From: a virus
Taxonomy: Duplodnaviria; Caudoviricetes
Reading direction: 5' to 3' (one strand)
DNA: 64,000 nucleotides
IMG/VR virus record: IMGVR_UViG_3300014656_000022
Coordinates: 9,544 to 73,543 of that record
Below the pieces are notes generated by a model. That model was not told where the DNA came from, did no database searches, and saw only the letters and a program-made list of their open reading frames with translations. The translations under genes were made by a program, and so were the position numbers. Of the stretch, positions 10,474 to 21,414 are shown piece by piece. Every line of letters starts with the position of its first letter. The first letter of the stretch is position 1.

Positions 10474-11361
10474 TTATGGTCCATAAGTACTTGGAAAAAC
10501 TGACAATAATTCGTTAACTACAAAAGCTCCTAGTTCTGTAGGAAGTCCAAGTTCTTCTTCTGTAGTGATTCTAAACAACTTTCTCTTGAAGTCATCTGAT
10601 TGTAAGTTGTGTATGATTACTGGACTCGCTCTAACAATAAACTCATCGTTTCTATATTGGTAGCGCACAACCGATCCAGAATCAGGGACAGAAGTCGTGA
10701 GGATAATACCATCTTCGAGGTTCACATAGTATTGTCCACTATGTCTCAAGTCGGTTTCTATGTAGACTCTTTCGCTTAGGCTTGTAGAACTAACAGAAAC
10801 AGTTCCTGCGACAAGATTCTCATTCTCTAACTTAACTAGAGCCCCTCTACCACTAATATCTTCTGAGGTTATTAGTGGGACGGAGGTTTGATTAAAGATT
10901 GTCATCGACCTGTCTTGCTCATTAACTCCGGAAAACAGAGTAGCTGTAAAGTAACTAGTTCCATTAATCTGGTCTACTAGCTCTTCGATAGTCCAAGCTC
11001 CTCCATCTAAATCATATCTATCTAATTCTAAGAGGACTATTCCTTCCCCATAGTCACTATAGAGAGTACACTTTGTTTCTTCAAAGGTAATAGCCGGGAA
11101 GGTGAGAACTGGAACTCCGGATCCTGAAAGAACCGGTTCAACAGTCATTGTGTTCGAGATGGATAGACCTAACTCTCTAGTAATACCATTAATGAGTCCA
11201 TGATAAGATGACCCAGCTCTATTAATAAATATGTCTAGAAGTCTTTGTTTATACTCGGGATTTCTTTCTTCCTCTAATCTTTTGAGACCAAGAAGAAGAC
11301 CCTGCTTATCAAATTCGTTATAAACAGCATGAGCCTCTGGTACGAGAAGAACGTTAGTCAT
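10474..11361 (-). CDS. Putative baseplate wedge protein (P2 gpI-like N-terminus)
   Basis: FDKQGLLLGLKRLEEERNPEYKQRL resembles the LDxxG...GlxR..E.d..YR.Rl motif of gpI/gpJ-type wedge proteins; gene order. Confidence 0.5.
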   Translation of the reverse strand: MTNVLLVPEAHAVYNEFDKQGLLLGLKRLEEERNPEYKQRLLDIFINRAGSSYHGLINGITRELGLSISNTMTVEPVLSGSGVPVLTFPAITFEETKCTLYSDYGEGIVLLELDRYDLDGGAWTIEELVDQINGTSYFTATLFSGVNEQDRSMTIFNQTSVPLITSEDISGRGALVKLENENLVAGTVSVSSTSLSERVYIETDLRHSGQYYVNLEDGIILTTSVPDSGSVVRYQYRNDEFIVRASPVIIHNLQSDDFKRKLFRITTEEELGLPTELGAFVVNELLSVFPSTYGP

Positions 11362-12952
11362 TGTTTATACTTACCTGAGTGTATGGTTCCTTAAAGTAAA
11401 TTATTTTGTTCTTATAGTCAACGAGCATTTGGTCTGTATGAAAATCGAGCTGATAGAAAGTATCAGATGTCTTGATCCATAGCTTCTGATTTGAGTCAAA
11501 GTCCATTCCTAAAATGGGATTAGATATAATATCACTGATGTCTATAGAACAAACTGGAAGCTTATAGTTGACTGAGACTATTACGCGATCTTTATGAGTT
11601 GTTCCATCATCTAAGTCTACTTCTAGAGCTAGTAGATATTCTCCTCGCTCGCCAGCAGAGATAGTTATCTCGCCTTCTATTTCTCTTCCTAATTCTCCTC
11701 CTGTTACCCAAAAGTCTGAACTCCAAGCTACAGGAGACCCATTCAATAACCCATACTTAACTCCTCCTGGAGTTTGATACCAAACACGATATCTATTGAT
11801 TTCCTGGAGTGCTCTTGCATGCCAAGGAAGAAAGACTATATCCTCTCCATAGAGGACCCATCGAGGTTCTATGTCTATTCTGACATAGGACCCAGGAGTT
11901 CTATCTCTAAGGAAAGAGATACCACTTACCATATCGGCTTCAGCTTCATAACAATATAGTTGTCCGCTGCTTGAAATAGCCCAGGCTCTACTAGTAAATG
12001 GTTGAATTACCATATCTACAAGGGAGACAGGATTATAATTTGAGTCCAATAGCTCCCAAGCTTCTTCTACATATTTATCTGTCATTCCAAGAATGAGCTG
12101 TTCCCATTCGTCCGTAATATATCTAATACGTTCTAACGAAGAGCCTTCAGAGGCCCACCCTAATCCCCAGAACTCGTCTATCTTTCTGCGCATATCAGAA
12201 TAGGCTGTATTCCAAAAGTCTATTCTATCTGTTGCATTAAAGTTAGCAGATTTGACTGTAAGGATTACATCATCTTCTATATCATGTGCTTCTATCTTCT
12301 CTATTGTCTTCCATTCTTTTTCAGTGTGCTGGGTCATATCCCATGGGAAAACGAGAGTCTCAGCATCTTCCTGCCCTCGTTTAGTTGTTCCTCTTACTGT
12401 TACCCTTCCCCTATATAGATTAGCATCTTCAACTCTAAGGTATTGAGATCCACCGCTAGCAGTAACCCAAAGCCATCCTCCATCGTCTAGATGATGTTCC
12501 CAGTCTCCTTCTATGCCAACTCCAGATGCTGTAAAGCTAAGTAGTTCATAATCTATGTTAGTTATAGAGTCTCCTAGAGTTACTCTAGAAGGGAGAGAGT
12601 TATACCATAGCTCCTCCAAGCTATTTAGGCTTGCCTGAGTAACCGAGAGCCATGATCCGTCTATATAGCCACTTACTGTAGGAGCTATCTCCTGGTCTAC
12701 AGCTGGATCAGATGTATCTACTGTAAAGGAGAATGTAGTAGGAAGTGTTACCTTGTAGAGAAGGTCTATCTCGTTTAGGTTAGCAGTTAATAGATATTGG
12801 TTATGCTTACTTCTAATGAGGCTCCTATCCATATATTCGAGAGTCTTCCCAAATGCATTTAAGAAGGTGAACCCTACAGATTGTTCGTGTCTTACCCTCG
12901 TTTCTGGGGGGTAGATATTTACTAAGTCTCGTGTGGCATTGCTTTTCTTCAT
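11354..12952 (-). CDS. Baseplate-region structural protein, 532 aa
   Basis: Long ORF directly downstream of baseplate J, overlapping the next gene. Confidence 0.55.
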   Translation of the reverse strand: MKKSNATRDLVNIYPPETRVRHEQSVGFTFLNAFGKTLEYMDRSLIRSKHNQYLLTANLNEIDLLYKVTLPTTFSFTVDTSDPAVDQEIAPTVSGYIDGSWLSVTQASLNSLEELWYNSLPSRVTLGDSITNIDYELLSFTASGVGIEGDWEHHLDDGGWLWVTASGGSQYLRVEDANLYRGRVTVRGTTKRGQEDAETLVFPWDMTQHTEKEWKTIEKIEAHDIEDDVILTVKSANFNATDRIDFWNTAYSDMRRKIDEFWGLGWASEGSSLERIRYITDEWEQLILGMTDKYVEEAWELLDSNYNPVSLVDMVIQPFTSRAWAISSSGQLYCYEAEADMVSGISFLRDRTPGSYVRIDIEPRWVLYGEDIVFLPWHARALQEINRYRVWYQTPGGVKYGLLNGSPVAWSSDFWVTGGELGREIEGEITISAGERGEYLLALEVDLDDGTTHKDRVIVSVNYKLPVCSIDISDIISNPILGMDFDSNQKLWIKTSDTFYQLDFHTDQMLVDYKNKIIYFKEPYTQVSINND

Positions 12953-14173
12953 TTACACACTGCGAAATAAAATAGGAGTAGCTCCTGCATATACATTCTC
13001 TACGAGTAGCTTCTCATCCTCATCTGGATCATAGTCTCCCAATAGTATCTCTCTTACCTTATTGTCCTCTAGAGTACTTGGTTTATGTAAGTATATTTTA
13101 TCAAATGGTTGATTAGCAACACCAATATTTTTAATTTCGTCTGAGGTTGACATGACTCTCTCCACTCCCTCATTGACAATAAAGTCCTCTGAGATATCAA
13201 GGTTATTAATATAATCAATCACATTTTGAGTAACTGCATTGATAATATTGTTCTTATCTGTAGTAGATATAGCTCTCTTGAAGGTTAAGGTTCCTATGAG
13301 AGACATCCCTGTCTCTATTGGTCCCCGAACATTGGTTACAATCCCCTGTGCAGCAACTTTAGAAACAGCTTCTGATACCATAGCAATTAGTGAATCAGAA
13401 ACAGTAGGAGTTGAGGCCTTTACTAGGACATCAAACGATCCTATACCCTTGAAATAAGGAATGATTATTACATCTGATATACCGGGGACTACTAAGGCAG
13501 CTAGTCTCACAGCAATAAGATTAGCTTGTTCTGATGAGACTACTTGATTTGCTATGCGATAACGATAGTTTGCGGCTGATTCTATTCCTCGTCCAGAAGA
13601 TATTTCAGATACGTTTCTTACTTTGAGAGAATCATTGAATGAGTCTACATAGTCTGTAAAGTCATGATATCTAAGCTGGTTTGCTCCAATATTGCTCGTG
13701 GTCCCAGTTCTGATTGCTTCTACTGAGACATATGCTTCACGAGAATCGAGTAAGAGATATGTAGCATTTGTTACTCTAAACTGAAGACCAGTACCACTGG
13801 TCCCTGTAGAAATGATTTGTCCAGCGGGAATGAGGATAGAGCTTCCTCCATTAATGTCTCCAAAGTAACCTGTGTCTACATAGAATTGTACAACTTTCTG
13901 AGATGAGGTAGCACTAGCTGGGATTTCTCCTAACTGAGGAACACCCATCATTGCGCCAATATAGCTCAGATACCTTCCTTCTGCCCCGTTCAAGAAAGCT
14001 TGGACATAGTTCTGATCGAATTGAGACCAGAGTTTTCCAAGCTTCTTTGAAAAAGCCTGAGCAAAAGCTCTCGTCTTACTACCAGGAGATGTCCTAGTAA
14101 TATTAGTATTATTTACTACATCATAGAGAATTTCCCCAAGGATTCTTTCTTCAGACAGAGCAAAGACTGGCAT
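12953..14173 (-). CDS. Baseplate J-like wedge protein
   Basis: AEGRYLSYIGAMMGVPQ; VSVEAIRTGTTSNIGAN; GRGIESAANYRYRI; VVPGISDV - characteristic Baseplate_J motifs. Confidence 0.85.
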   Translation of the reverse strand: MPVFALSEERILGEILYDVVNNTNITRTSPGSKTRAFAQAFSKKLGKLWSQFDQNYVQAFLNGAEGRYLSYIGAMMGVPQLGEIPASATSSQKVVQFYVDTGYFGDINGGSSILIPAGQIISTGTSGTGLQFRVTNATYLLLDSREAYVSVEAIRTGTTSNIGANQLRYHDFTDYVDSFNDSLKVRNVSEISSGRGIESAANYRYRIANQVVSSEQANLIAVRLAALVVPGISDVIIIPYFKGIGSFDVLVKASTPTVSDSLIAMVSEAVSKVAAQGIVTNVRGPIETGMSLIGTLTFKRAISTTDKNNIINAVTQNVIDYINNLDISEDFIVNEGVERVMSTSDEIKNIGVANQPFDKIYLHKPSTLEDNKVREILLGDYDPDEDEKLLVENVYAGATPILFRSV

Positions 14174-14652
14174 TAGTAAATATCTCCTGTAGCAACTCTT
14201 GGCAACAGATTAGGAAGTACCATTACACTATGTTCTATTGTATCAAAAGCAAGGGTTACAGTTAAGCTATCTCCTGGAACTAACCTATTATTAGCAGTAG
14301 CAAGTGTAAGGACCTGAATCATAATCATAACCCTATATATACCTATTGGAGTTACTCTAACAGATATCTCCTCTGGCCTAACAATACCTGCTGCAATTAG
14401 TTGATATTTAACCCTATTTTCTATACTCTTTCCCGTCTCCCTGGTATTAGCTTCTCCGACATAATCAGAAAGCTGACATCCAAGAGTTGGGTCTTTCTCC
14501 CAGTCAAGTAAAGAAGCTTTAGATATCGTAGCAATCTCGTTTTCCAGGGAACGTAAATGGTCATCACTAGTATCACCAATATCACCGTCATATCCTACGA
14601 CATAGTCATCTTCCCACGTCCAGTCGAGGTCTACTGTATCGAGATTTCCCAT
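14173..14652 (-). CDS. Baseplate wedge / sheath initiator (T4 gp25-like)
   Basis: GDIGDTSDDHLRSLENEI...WEKDPTLGCQLSDYVGE; size and position before baseplate J. Confidence 0.7.
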   Translation of the reverse strand: MGNLDTVDLDWTWEDDYVVGYDGDIGDTSDDHLRSLENEIATISKASLLDWEKDPTLGCQLSDYVGEANTRETGKSIENRVKYQLIAAGIVRPEEISVRVTPIGIYRVMIMIQVLTLATANNRLVPGDSLTVTLAFDTIEHSVMVLPNLLPRVATGDIY

Positions 14653-14675
14653 CTATCTGGACCTCCAATCACATT

Positions 14676-15023
14676 TTATCCTAAGGCTGCTATAAAGACA
14701 GGAAGAGAGTCTAATACTGTTGTGAGCATAGCTAATGGTGGATATGGAACCAACTGAGGAGCAGGGGTAACTAGAGTAGTTGGAATCATTTGAGAGAAGT
14801 CATTAATATGAGTAAAGATTCCTGCTTGTCTCTCATTCTCGCCAAGAGTCTGTTTATGGATAGACTCCCCAGCAATGGTGGTTCCAGTAGCATCTACAGA
14901 TACAAAGTTATCTTGAGATCCAACTATTGCTACGGCAGATGGAGTTATAACAATTCCAGCTGTGCTGTTCCTGTCTACTTTCCAAATTTGATAATCCTTC
15001 TTATTATCAGTCATCTTGGCCAC
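14676..15023 (-). CDS. Small baseplate protein, possibly spike-related
   Basis: Short beta-strand repeats in the N-half; lies between hub and gp25-like gene. Confidence 0.4.
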   Translation of the reverse strand: MAKMTDNKKDYQIWKVDRNSTAGIVITPSAVAIVGSQDNFVSVDATGTTIAGESIHKQTLGENERQAGIFTHINDFSQMIPTTLVTPAPQLVPYPPLAMLTTVLDSLPVFIAALG

Positions 15024-15421
15024 CCTCCACCGCTCAGCATTTTAAAATGATTATGATCTATGTCATTCTCTTCTGCTTGTTTCTTAGAGAAAATCATTTC
15101 CTTTCCAAGGATTTCAACATAGTATACATGTCTGGCACTAACCTTCCCTGTCCAAAATGCTCGACAAAACATTCCTGGTCTCAATTGACCCCATCTTCGA
15201 AAAACCTCATTGAGTTCTGGGACTACTGCGTGCCAAGCATTTTCTCCTCCTAGTAGTTCTTCTTTAGCTCCACCAAGAGGTTTTACTTGTACTTGGTTGT
15301 AATCGTTAACTTTTGCTACTAAACAATGAGTAATTCGTAGACCGATAGGATCTGGTTCTCCAGCTTTTGTGTTAACTGACTGAGAATGCTTCTGTTCAGG
15401 AGTTCTTGCTACGCCACCCAT
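15011..15421 (-). CDS. Small baseplate protein, possibly a spike OB-fold (gpV-N-like)
   Basis: CLVAKVNDYNQVQVKPL...LRPGMFCRAFW pattern; immediately after the hub gene with TAATG coupling. Confidence 0.4.
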   Translation of the reverse strand: MGGVARTPEQKHSQSVNTKAGEPDPIGLRITHCLVAKVNDYNQVQVKPLGGAKEELLGGENAWHAVVPELNEVFRRWGQLRPGMFCRAFWTGKVSARHVYYVEILGKEMIFSKKQAEENDIDHNHFKMLSGGGWPR

Positions 15422-18400
15422 TATTTTACCCTGCCCTCCACATTACTTGCCCACCAGCTTCCTTGTGGAGCGAACCAATTATTTGGATCAATCGTATCAT
15501 AGAAATGATCCAGATATAGAGGAGTGCTTTCATTGGCATCCTTAAACCATCTTCCTATACCTTGAATCCAACTACCGTCATTTCTCTTAGTTGGAAGTCC
15601 TCCAATAAGAGGTTTCCCTTGGAGAACGAGTGGAGAATAATGGAATAGGTGAGCCAATTGAGACCTACTTGTCAACTTTCTGAAAATGAATGTTCCAAGA
15701 AGACCATGAGTATTAATAGGATTCCCAACAGAGTTATCCACAGAGTCACTCATAGAACTTGCCATACTAAGCGTAGAAAGCCCCATTCCACCTATAGGAG
15801 CAGTTACAACTGAGAGAACATCTCCCATGTGACTAGCAGCTGTTACTAATCCAGCTGTTAATGTATCTCCTTTTATATTCTTACTTACTTCACCAAGAGC
15901 CATTCTAGCTCCTGCTCCTCCCATTAAAGTAGCCCCAATTCCAGGAAGAGACTGCATATTAATCCCTTTCATTGCAGCCTCAGCTACGAGACCCATAACA
16001 TCTTGTGTAGCCATGGTAACTATCTCATTGACGTGAATACACATAGCAGGAATAATTTCTGTAACAAATCCGTGTTGTTGAGAAAATCTATGAACAACTT
16101 GTTCTACCTCAACTGGGCCCCACATGTCGTTATACTCATCTGCGATATAGACAATATCATATGGACGAATCTTAGGATTACCCATAAGGATAAGAGAACC
16201 TCTATATCCTTCTTTGAGGCTCTCTTTTAATAATGCAGTGCAATATCTCTTTGCCATCTCCCAACCGACACAGTTTGGATATTGGGCAAAGATTTCTCTC
16301 TTTTCTTCATCTGGAATTCCAGCATCACACATGAGAGTAAATGTCTGAGCATCATCGAATTCAATTTGTCCAGTTTCTTCATTAACCTCTGCTCCATCGT
16401 CGTCATATTGAAGAGTAACTGTATTAAAAGTATTCCAAAAGGTGGAAGAGATTCTATTATCGATAATGTTACAAGTGCTACTAGCTAAATGATAGGACCT
16501 AAAGGGCTTAATAATCCCTCTGTCTTTTGCATATAGTCTCACATTTCTCTCTGTCCAGATCTTGAGAAGTTCTTTATTTATACTCTCTGCCCGTACAAGG
16601 TCCTGAGAGATTTTAGCTCGTCTATCTGTCTCTCTTAAAATGGCTACAGCAGATCCACCTCGTGCATCAGCAACAGCATTTTTAGTCGCTTCAGATGGTT
16701 CTTTATTTGGGTCTGTTGCCTCTGCTGCTACTTTAGCAGTCTCATCTTTAGAATTTGCTACCTGTTCCTTTAGTTGTTCTGCTTCAGACTTCTCTTCTGT
16801 AGTTGGATCCCGCGCAAAATAGAATTGGTCTGGAACCCCGAAGAACATAGTCATACGAGGTCCATATTCACCTTCATATGGGACAGGCCTACTAATCCAT
16901 CCAGGATGCCTATATGTCATCTCCTGGAATACATCCCAAATAGTAGTGTTATACATGACGAAAGGAACAGATCCACCATCGAACAATCCCAAGAGTCCTC
17001 TATTTCCAGTCGGAGCAAAGATATTGTCATCCTGTGGTTGTTTACTCCAAGTATATCTACTGGTAAGCAAACTTCTGAAAGTATCGCCAAGAGACCCTTC
17101 CCCTAATTCCCATCGACCAAAATGAGCTACTTCTGGGGCAGCTATTAAATTCTCTAAAATATCAGATGTCCTGCCAGATTTTGTATACCATCCACCAAAC
17201 TCTTTTACATCTCCGTAGATATTTTGAGCTAGCTCGATTGCAAAGCTTTGACAGGTAATTTGAACTAAATCTTCTGCACCTGAGAACTGAACATCTGTGA
17301 TTACCCCATTAATAACTGTCTCTAACTCTTGAGGATTATTATTGAAACCAAGACGAAGTTGCATTTGAGTTCCAGGTTGAAGCATGAGAGAGGCTATATT
17401 GTTCTCTTTTAAAGGATCTTCTATAGCAAATTTTCCACCAGGGTCTCTAGCTCTCTCCTGATTAGCGTCTCCTTTAAACTTCCTATTTGAGAGGACTCCT
17501 GAGATGTTCGTTAGAGTAATCATTACCAAATCGGCAGGAATCTTTGAACTTTGAATGACCTGTATGTCTACTACCTGACTATATGAATAGAAGTCATCAA
17601 AGGCATACTTTTTTCTTTCCCCCAAATCACTTTCGATAAAGTAGAGCTTAAATGTAGGATATGCACGCATGAGTGAATACCCCTGATCATTTATCATCTC
17701 CTTTTCAAATTGGTCGATACTACGAGTCAGGAGACTTTCATTAGCTGGATCTATATCATTGACTGGGCCAAGAGATTTTAACTCAAAGCCTTGAAGAGCC
17801 AATTCTGGATCCATTGTATATTCGATATTATTCTTTCTAATTTCAAAATGAAGATGGGCACCGGCAGAATAGCCTGTATTCCCTACTAATCCTATAACCT
17901 CCCCTTGGCTAATAGGGAGAGGGTTTTGTCCAGCAAAAGACTCATTCCCTAGTTCTCCACCGTGAAAAAGAAGAGACAGTCTCTGAATATATGGTTCCCA
18001 CTGCATATGTTTGTAGACAGTGTAATATCCATTTGGGTGCCTAATATGAACTTCTACAGTTGTTTCTATTGGTTTATTTCCTATTTTGTCTCCAACCTTG
18101 TCGTTAGGATTCCTTTTGAATAAAGGGTCTCCCTCTCTATAGGTATGCTCACTTTGTTTGAAGTCCTTGGTAATGAATACAATTTCTCCATCAGCTGCAG
18201 CTCTGACCTGCATTTTCTTTGTTTCTTCTGCGCCTAAAGAATGAGCAATATCAATCCCACTATGAGGCTTGCTGGAAATACCGCCTCTGATTTCTTTATA
18301 ATGAGAAGTAATCTTAGAAGTAGGTCTTGGAACATCAACAGGCCAAGCCCAGATTGGCATCTCACTTGCCTTTACAAGCTCTGTAGGTTGATAGTAGCTC

Positions 18401-21400
18401 TCCGGTTGACGGTTTAAACAATCAAGAGACATATTATGCTTACAGGCTCCAGCAGATGGAGATGCAAGAGGTTGAGCTTGTTTTCTCCCGGCGCCAGTAA
18501 TATTGTAGATATCTCTAGCCAGCTCAATAGCTGGAATTGTAATGGGGAGAAGGTCTCCTAATCCTGTTTGAAGTCTTGCGTAAACCGCAGAAGGGATTAT
18601 CTCTCCATCAAAATCGTTTGGTTGAATCAATCCATTATCTTTCTCTGCCCGATTCTGAAGTTCTAATTCTAAGGCCTTAGTATCTTCTCTTTCCAGTCGT
18701 GCATCTTGTTTGAGCTTCTGGTCAGCTTGCATTAGACCCGTACCCCAAGTCCGAGTTACCACATCCCCCCGAATTCGATTCTTTTTCTGCTGACCAAGAA
18801 TCTTTTCTTCGTAGACACTTTCTAACCAACTCTTAGTTGCTTTGAGTCTCACATCTCCCTGTGATGTCTGAATTGCGTTCTTAGCAGCTTCAATGATGGA
18901 CCCATCTACGATAGACCCTTTTATTTCTGCGGGGTTATAGAGATAGAAATCTGGTTGTATTAGAGCAGCAGCAGATAGATTCCTGAGACCTAAATTCTGC
19001 TTAGCAGCCATCTCTACAAGTGAGTCATTGAGTGTAGGATATTCAGCTTCTATGATATCTAATATCCCGTCCATTGGAAAATCAGGATAGGCATTACCAC
19101 CAGAAGATACACCAAAGTTATTGAGAGCATCTCTTATGTCTTTCATTTGGTCGAGCTGGATTAGACTAGACCTAAGAAGCTGAAGTAGAAAGTTATTAAT
19201 CCAGTCATTCCAGTCAGCAAATGCAGCTGTCAGGAAGTCATATAAAAGAGGAGTATGTTCCTTACGAAAGGTGCTCCTAATTTCCTCTAGAGCCTTAGCT
19301 CTATCTCCGCTTATTGGTCCTGTAGCTTCTACATAGAGGTCAAGAATTTCTGGAGTCTGTCTAGCAGTTTCAAGAAGACCACTATCTCCTAAGAGAGCAC
19401 TATTACCAAAAGCCCCAGGACCATATTCTGCCAGCTCAGCAAAAGCCTTGTCAGACCAGCTGAGTTCGGATTCTCCATTGGATCCCTTCTTTTGAAGAAA
19501 AGCAATATCATCTTGTGTCCCCTTGCTCTGAACAAAGACGTTGTATGTATCATCTTGGAATACATCTACTCCTATTACATCCTTGTTATCTAAGAGAAAA
19601 AGGCTAAATAGTCCTCCTAAAACAGATGAGAACTTATTCCCAGTTATACCTATATTAGTATTGAGTACATTCCATAATTCAGAAAGAGTAGTACCCATTT
19701 TGCTAGCAAGATACATACAGGTCTTCCATAGCATATAATCCTGTTTACTTTGCAATCCGTTGACCTTATAAACATCTGCTTTCTGATTAAAACGAAGTCT
19801 AGAAAACTCAGTGTCTGTACTCAAAAAACTGGGGACATCTGCTTCTATCGACGCTCGCGTTTTTATACTCAATCTTCCGTTCTCGTTTGTAACAGCACTC
19901 TTATCAAACTTGATATAGCTCATTAGCTTCTTAAATAAAAGTCTATGCACATCCCCTTTGCTAGTAATGGACTGTCCAGGAACTAATTGCTCGCGTGTGG
20001 AAGAAGTAACTGGATTATCTATTAGAGTTAAAACAGCAGAATAGGTTCCTGGTTGACCCTTAACTGTATCTATAGAGATATTCTCAAGGATAAACTCTTG
20101 CAGTCCACATGCGTTTATTAAGTTATTTACAACATTTACGTTTCTCAATCCAACAGGGACTCGTCTAAACTTTCTAGCCGTATCCTCATACATAGAATAG
20201 AAGTTAGAAATAGATTTAATTGAACTCTCATGAGTTGTCATCAAAGAGATTGATACAACCCCGTCTATACTCCCAATGTGTTGATATGTAGGATAGGGAT
20301 GACCAAGGAGAGGTATTCTGGCAAGAGTATTATCAAATGAAATTGATATTCCTACTGGAATGAATCCAGCATCTTCCAAATTCAGAGGAACAGTTCTCTT
20401 CATGAGAACTTGGACAGGCTCTGTATGCACTCCTTCTGCAGGTTCTTTGAAAAGAGTATCTATCCCTAGTTTACTTTCTACTATAGTAGGCTTACCAGTA
20501 GAATCCTGTATTGCTATGGGTGACCAGTCTTCACTCTGGTTCATGAGACTATCTAATCCAGCTAATTCCTCCTCCCGCGCAGATAGAAGACCAGTTATAA
20601 CTTTAGAGACTGAATCTGTATTAACATCTTCTCCCATAGATGTAGTTGACCCAAAGTCATCAGCCTTTAGGGGAATACCCTGTTTCTTTGCTTGTTTAGC
20701 TAATTCCTCTGCCATATCTGGAGCTACTCCAGACCATTCTGACCTACCACCTTCAATATCTTCTAATTGGTTGATTAGGGTTCTCAGAGTCTTTACATCT
20801 GCGTCAACCTTCTGATATCTCTTCCTGTCAAAGAGAGCAAATTCAGTTAGAGATAACTCTGTCTTATTAGCTAATTGATAAGTGCGAATATATAGCTCTC
20901 TGTTACCAGACTTCCTTGCTTGCTCAGCCAGATAGAGAGTTCTCCATGCTCTACTATCAGAAGGATCTAAAACAGGAATTGGGCTAAGTAGGTCTCTCTT
21001 GTATAGCCACTGTCTCATATAAGGTTGATAGTTGAACCAAACCGTGTTGAGGGATAATTGAATTATATCTGTGCTATCTCCAACTTTTTGGATTTCCAAT
21101 TGCTGGAGAGCAAGAACCATCTGGGTTTCTTGATTTCCGCCGAGAATAGAATTCCTAAGAAACTGGTTATCTACATACACAAAAGGAGTAACTCTAATTT
21201 GGCTAACAAAATCAGTTAGTTTAGGAAGGTCTTTTTCTACTAGATAAATAACTATATGAACTCTAATCTCAGAGAACCCAGATCGAAGCTTCTGAGACGA
21301 ACGAGTGCGTAGAGTTTGCCAAAAGTTATTATAGCTCTTTCTCTCTATATGTATCTGGTCAGGTGGGACAGTGAATGTTAGATCATTCAGCTTTAGAGTC

Positions 21401-21414
21401 CCTGTATCTGTCAC
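15421..21414 (-). CDS. Baseplate hub-like protein with internal M23 peptidoglycan peptidase, 1997 aa
   Basis: M23 motifs ITSHY, HSGIDIA, VRAAADGEIV, YTVYKHM, IGLVGNTGYSAGAHLHFEIR (about 17800-18330); C-terminal hub-like GSLILMGNPKIRPYDIVYI...VEQVVHRFS; GTG start overlapping upstream TGA. Confidence 0.75.
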   Translation of the reverse strand: MTDTGTLKLNDLTFTVPPDQIHIERKSYNNFWQTLRTRSSQKLRSGFSEIRVHIVIYLVEKDLPKLTDFVSQIRVTPFVYVDNQFLRNSILGGNQETQMVLALQQLEIQKVGDSTDIIQLSLNTVWFNYQPYMRQWLYKRDLLSPIPVLDPSDSRAWRTLYLAEQARKSGNRELYIRTYQLANKTELSLTEFALFDRKRYQKVDADVKTLRTLINQLEDIEGGRSEWSGVAPDMAEELAKQAKKQGIPLKADDFGSTTSMGEDVNTDSVSKVITGLLSAREEELAGLDSLMNQSEDWSPIAIQDSTGKPTIVESKLGIDTLFKEPAEGVHTEPVQVLMKRTVPLNLEDAGFIPVGISISFDNTLARIPLLGHPYPTYQHIGSIDGVVSISLMTTHESSIKSISNFYSMYEDTARKFRRVPVGLRNVNVVNNLINACGLQEFILENISIDTVKGQPGTYSAVLTLIDNPVTSSTREQLVPGQSITSKGDVHRLLFKKLMSYIKFDKSAVTNENGRLSIKTRASIEADVPSFLSTDTEFSRLRFNQKADVYKVNGLQSKQDYMLWKTCMYLASKMGTTLSELWNVLNTNIGITGNKFSSVLGGLFSLFLLDNKDVIGVDVFQDDTYNVFVQSKGTQDDIAFLQKKGSNGESELSWSDKAFAELAEYGPGAFGNSALLGDSGLLETARQTPEILDLYVEATGPISGDRAKALEEIRSTFRKEHTPLLYDFLTAAFADWNDWINNFLLQLLRSSLIQLDQMKDIRDALNNFGVSSGGNAYPDFPMDGILDIIEAEYPTLNDSLVEMAAKQNLGLRNLSAAALIQPDFYLYNPAEIKGSIVDGSIIEAAKNAIQTSQGDVRLKATKSWLESVYEEKILGQQKKNRIRGDVVTRTWGTGLMQADQKLKQDARLEREDTKALELELQNRAEKDNGLIQPNDFDGEIIPSAVYARLQTGLGDLLPITIPAIELARDIYNITGAGRKQAQPLASPSAGACKHNMSLDCLNRQPESYYQPTELVKASEMPIWAWPVDVPRPTSKITSHYKEIRGGISSKPHSGIDIAHSLGAEETKKMQVRAAADGEIVFITKDFKQSEHTYREGDPLFKRNPNDKVGDKIGNKPIETTVEVHIRHPNGYYTVYKHMQWEPYIQRLSLLFHGGELGNESFAGQNPLPISQGEVIGLVGNTGYSAGAHLHFEIRKNNIEYTMDPELALQGFELKSLGPVNDIDPANESLLTRSIDQFEKEMINDQGYSLMRAYPTFKLYFIESDLGERKKYAFDDFYSYSQVVDIQVIQSSKIPADLVMITLTNISGVLSNRKFKGDANQERARDPGGKFAIEDPLKENNIASLMLQPGTQMQLRLGFNNNPQELETVINGVITDVQFSGAEDLVQITCQSFAIELAQNIYGDVKEFGGWYTKSGRTSDILENLIAAPEVAHFGRWELGEGSLGDTFRSLLTSRYTWSKQPQDDNIFAPTGNRGLLGLFDGGSVPFVMYNTTIWDVFQEMTYRHPGWISRPVPYEGEYGPRMTMFFGVPDQFYFARDPTTEEKSEAEQLKEQVANSKDETAKVAAEATDPNKEPSEATKNAVADARGGSAVAILRETDRRAKISQDLVRAESINKELLKIWTERNVRLYAKDRGIIKPFRSYHLASSTCNIIDNRISSTFWNTFNTVTLQYDDDGAEVNEETGQIEFDDAQTFTLMCDAGIPDEEKREIFAQYPNCVGWEMAKRYCTALLKESLKEGYRGSLILMGNPKIRPYDIVYIADEYNDMWGPVEVEQVVHRFSQQHGFVTEIIPAMCIHVNEIVTMATQDVMGLVAEAAMKGINMQSLPGIGATLMGGAGARMALGEVSKNIKGDTLTAGLVTAASHMGDVLSVVTAPIGGMGLSTLSMASSMSDSVDNSVGNPINTHGLLGTFIFRKLTSRSQLAHLFHYSPLVLQGKPLIGGLPTKRNDGSWIQGIGRWFKDANESTPLYLDHFYDTIDPNNWFAPQGSWWASNVEGRVK

